A stretch of DNA of 64,000 nucleotides, taken from the NCBI GenBank assembly GCA_001179505.1, contig CDMY01000592.1:248001-312000 (forward strand), given 5' to 3'. Position numbers and translations under genes: made by a program. This stretch comes from Vitrella brassicaformis CCMP3155 (Eukaryota; Protista; Chromerida). Below are positions 62,979 through 64,000 of the stretch, piece after piece. Position 1 is the stretch's first letter. Each line of letters begins with the position of its first letter. Under the pieces are notes generated by a model that was not told the origin of the DNA, did not search any database, and saw only the letters and a list, made by a program, of their open reading frames with translations.

Positions 62979-63680
62979 ATGGTAAGCCACAGAGTCTGAC
63001 GCATATCGGAATCACTCTAGCTTCGTCATTGTCCTTTTCGTTGCTGGCTTTGCTTGCAGGGTCTTCGTCCCGGGCTGATAACTGCGGTGGCTCTGATGTG
63101 CCTTATGGATGTGTTTTCCTACAGCATCATGGTGGTCATCCTGCCCAAGACGCTGCCCACACTCAGCCCCATCACACACTCGTCCTGCCTCACCATCCGG
63201 CAGCTGGTGGCGCTTCTGGCTTGCCCCCTAGGGGGCATCCTGGTGGACAATACGAGCTTCTGGTTTGGGATGGTCGTCAGCTCGCTGTGCTATGTCGTGG
63301 CATGCTCACTGCTGCTTGTCGAGGTCGGTGGGTGGGGGAAGACCTCTGTGTTTGTGTTTGTGCTCGTGTGTGGATATATGTGTGTGTGGTGCGTTGCTGG
63401 TGTGTGTGCAGGACTCCCTTAATATCTACTTCGCGTCAAGAGTCATACAGGTAGGTAGATCGATGGATGGGCTGGGGGGGCTAGTGCGGGCTGGTGGGAA
63501 CACATGGCACACGTGATCGTTCCCCGTGGTTACTCCTCTGCTTGTTCCCCCTCTCTCAGGGGTTTGCGTCGTCTTTGTTCTACCCCGCTGCTCTCAACGG
63601 CATCGTCAGCACCCATGACGACTCGTCCAGAGGCAGAGCTATCGGACTCGCATTCCTGGGAGGTACTCCACACCCAGCCA

Positions 63681-63720
<40 letters not shown>

Positions 63721-64000
63721 CAGACGGTTGGTACTCATTGTCTGTGTGTGTCTATGCGGTGCGTGTGTGCAGAGGTTGGGGGCCTTGCCGGACTAGCAGT
63801 GGGGGGCTTTCTCTACGACTATGGCGGCTCCAAGCTGGCCTGGTTCTTCAACCTCATCATATCCCTCTACGCCTTTCTCGTAGTCGTCGGCCTGGGGTGG
63901 CTGGGCCTGCCGGGCCCCAACCCATCTCACTTTATCGTTCAACGCACGGCGGGCGCCGCTTCTGCGGCTGCGCAGGGCAGCCTGGGTCGGCCGCTGACGT
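62979..64000 (+). CDS. MFS transporter copy B (runs off window end)
   Basis: ATG|gtaagc then GLRPGLITAVALMCLMD..ACPLGGILVDNTSFW, GFASSLFYPA, GGFLYDYGGSKLAW; clear paralog of copy A. Confidence 0.8.

Noticed and set aside
1-64000. Hundreds of short ORFs in the six-frame track (CVCVCV, HTHTHT, MDGWMDG, PSIHPSIH)
   Set aside because: Translations of intronic microsatellites or antisense shadows of real exons; they are not genes
1-64000. Global stop-codon reassignment (TAG=Trp/Gln)
   Set aside because: TAG terminates several genes here (620, 23887, 40578, 48057, 60214) and most Trp codons in sortilin are TGG
1-64000. CRISPR arrays, rRNA, tRNA, transposase/RT/integrase genes
   Set aside because: No repeat-spacer array, cloverleaf, rRNA signature or mobile-element protein motif was recognisable by eye

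Overview
Eukaryotic, GC-rich, very intron-dense genomic DNA. Introns are full of (GT)n, (CA)n, (CTGT)n and (GGAT)n microsatellites. The style, the bipartite plastid leaders and an apicomplexan-type sortilin point to a chromerid alveolate such as Vitrella brassicaformis (inference). About 23 multi-exon genes were reconstructed by hand: polyamine/amino-acid permease, ammonium transporter, CCDC113/CFAP263, secreted EEP nuclease-like protein, plastid FAD oxidoreductase, SH3 protein, KDEL thioredoxin-fold protein, CEP164-like WW/B-box/IQ protein, plastid aldo-keto reductase, SMARCAL1-like helicase, ArsS-type radical SAM enzyme, sortilin, coiled-coil/LRR protein, an inverted MFS pair and several hypotheticals. 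There is also one 301-N gap. Top observations: (1) the ArsS gene has an in-frame TGA exactly at the family's Cys/Sec position, so it is a probable selenoprotein; (2) an 8-mer TGCGAGCT sits in 8 of 9 short head-to-head intergenic gaps, a candidate bidirectional promoter element; (3) sortilin carries three in-frame TAGs, two at conserved Trp sites, plus a frameshift; (4) introns are polarised, with AC-rich 5' ends and GT-rich 3' ends; (5) the ammonium transporter needs a 4-nt microexon. All family calls are from recognised motifs, not database searches, and gene ends are approximate.
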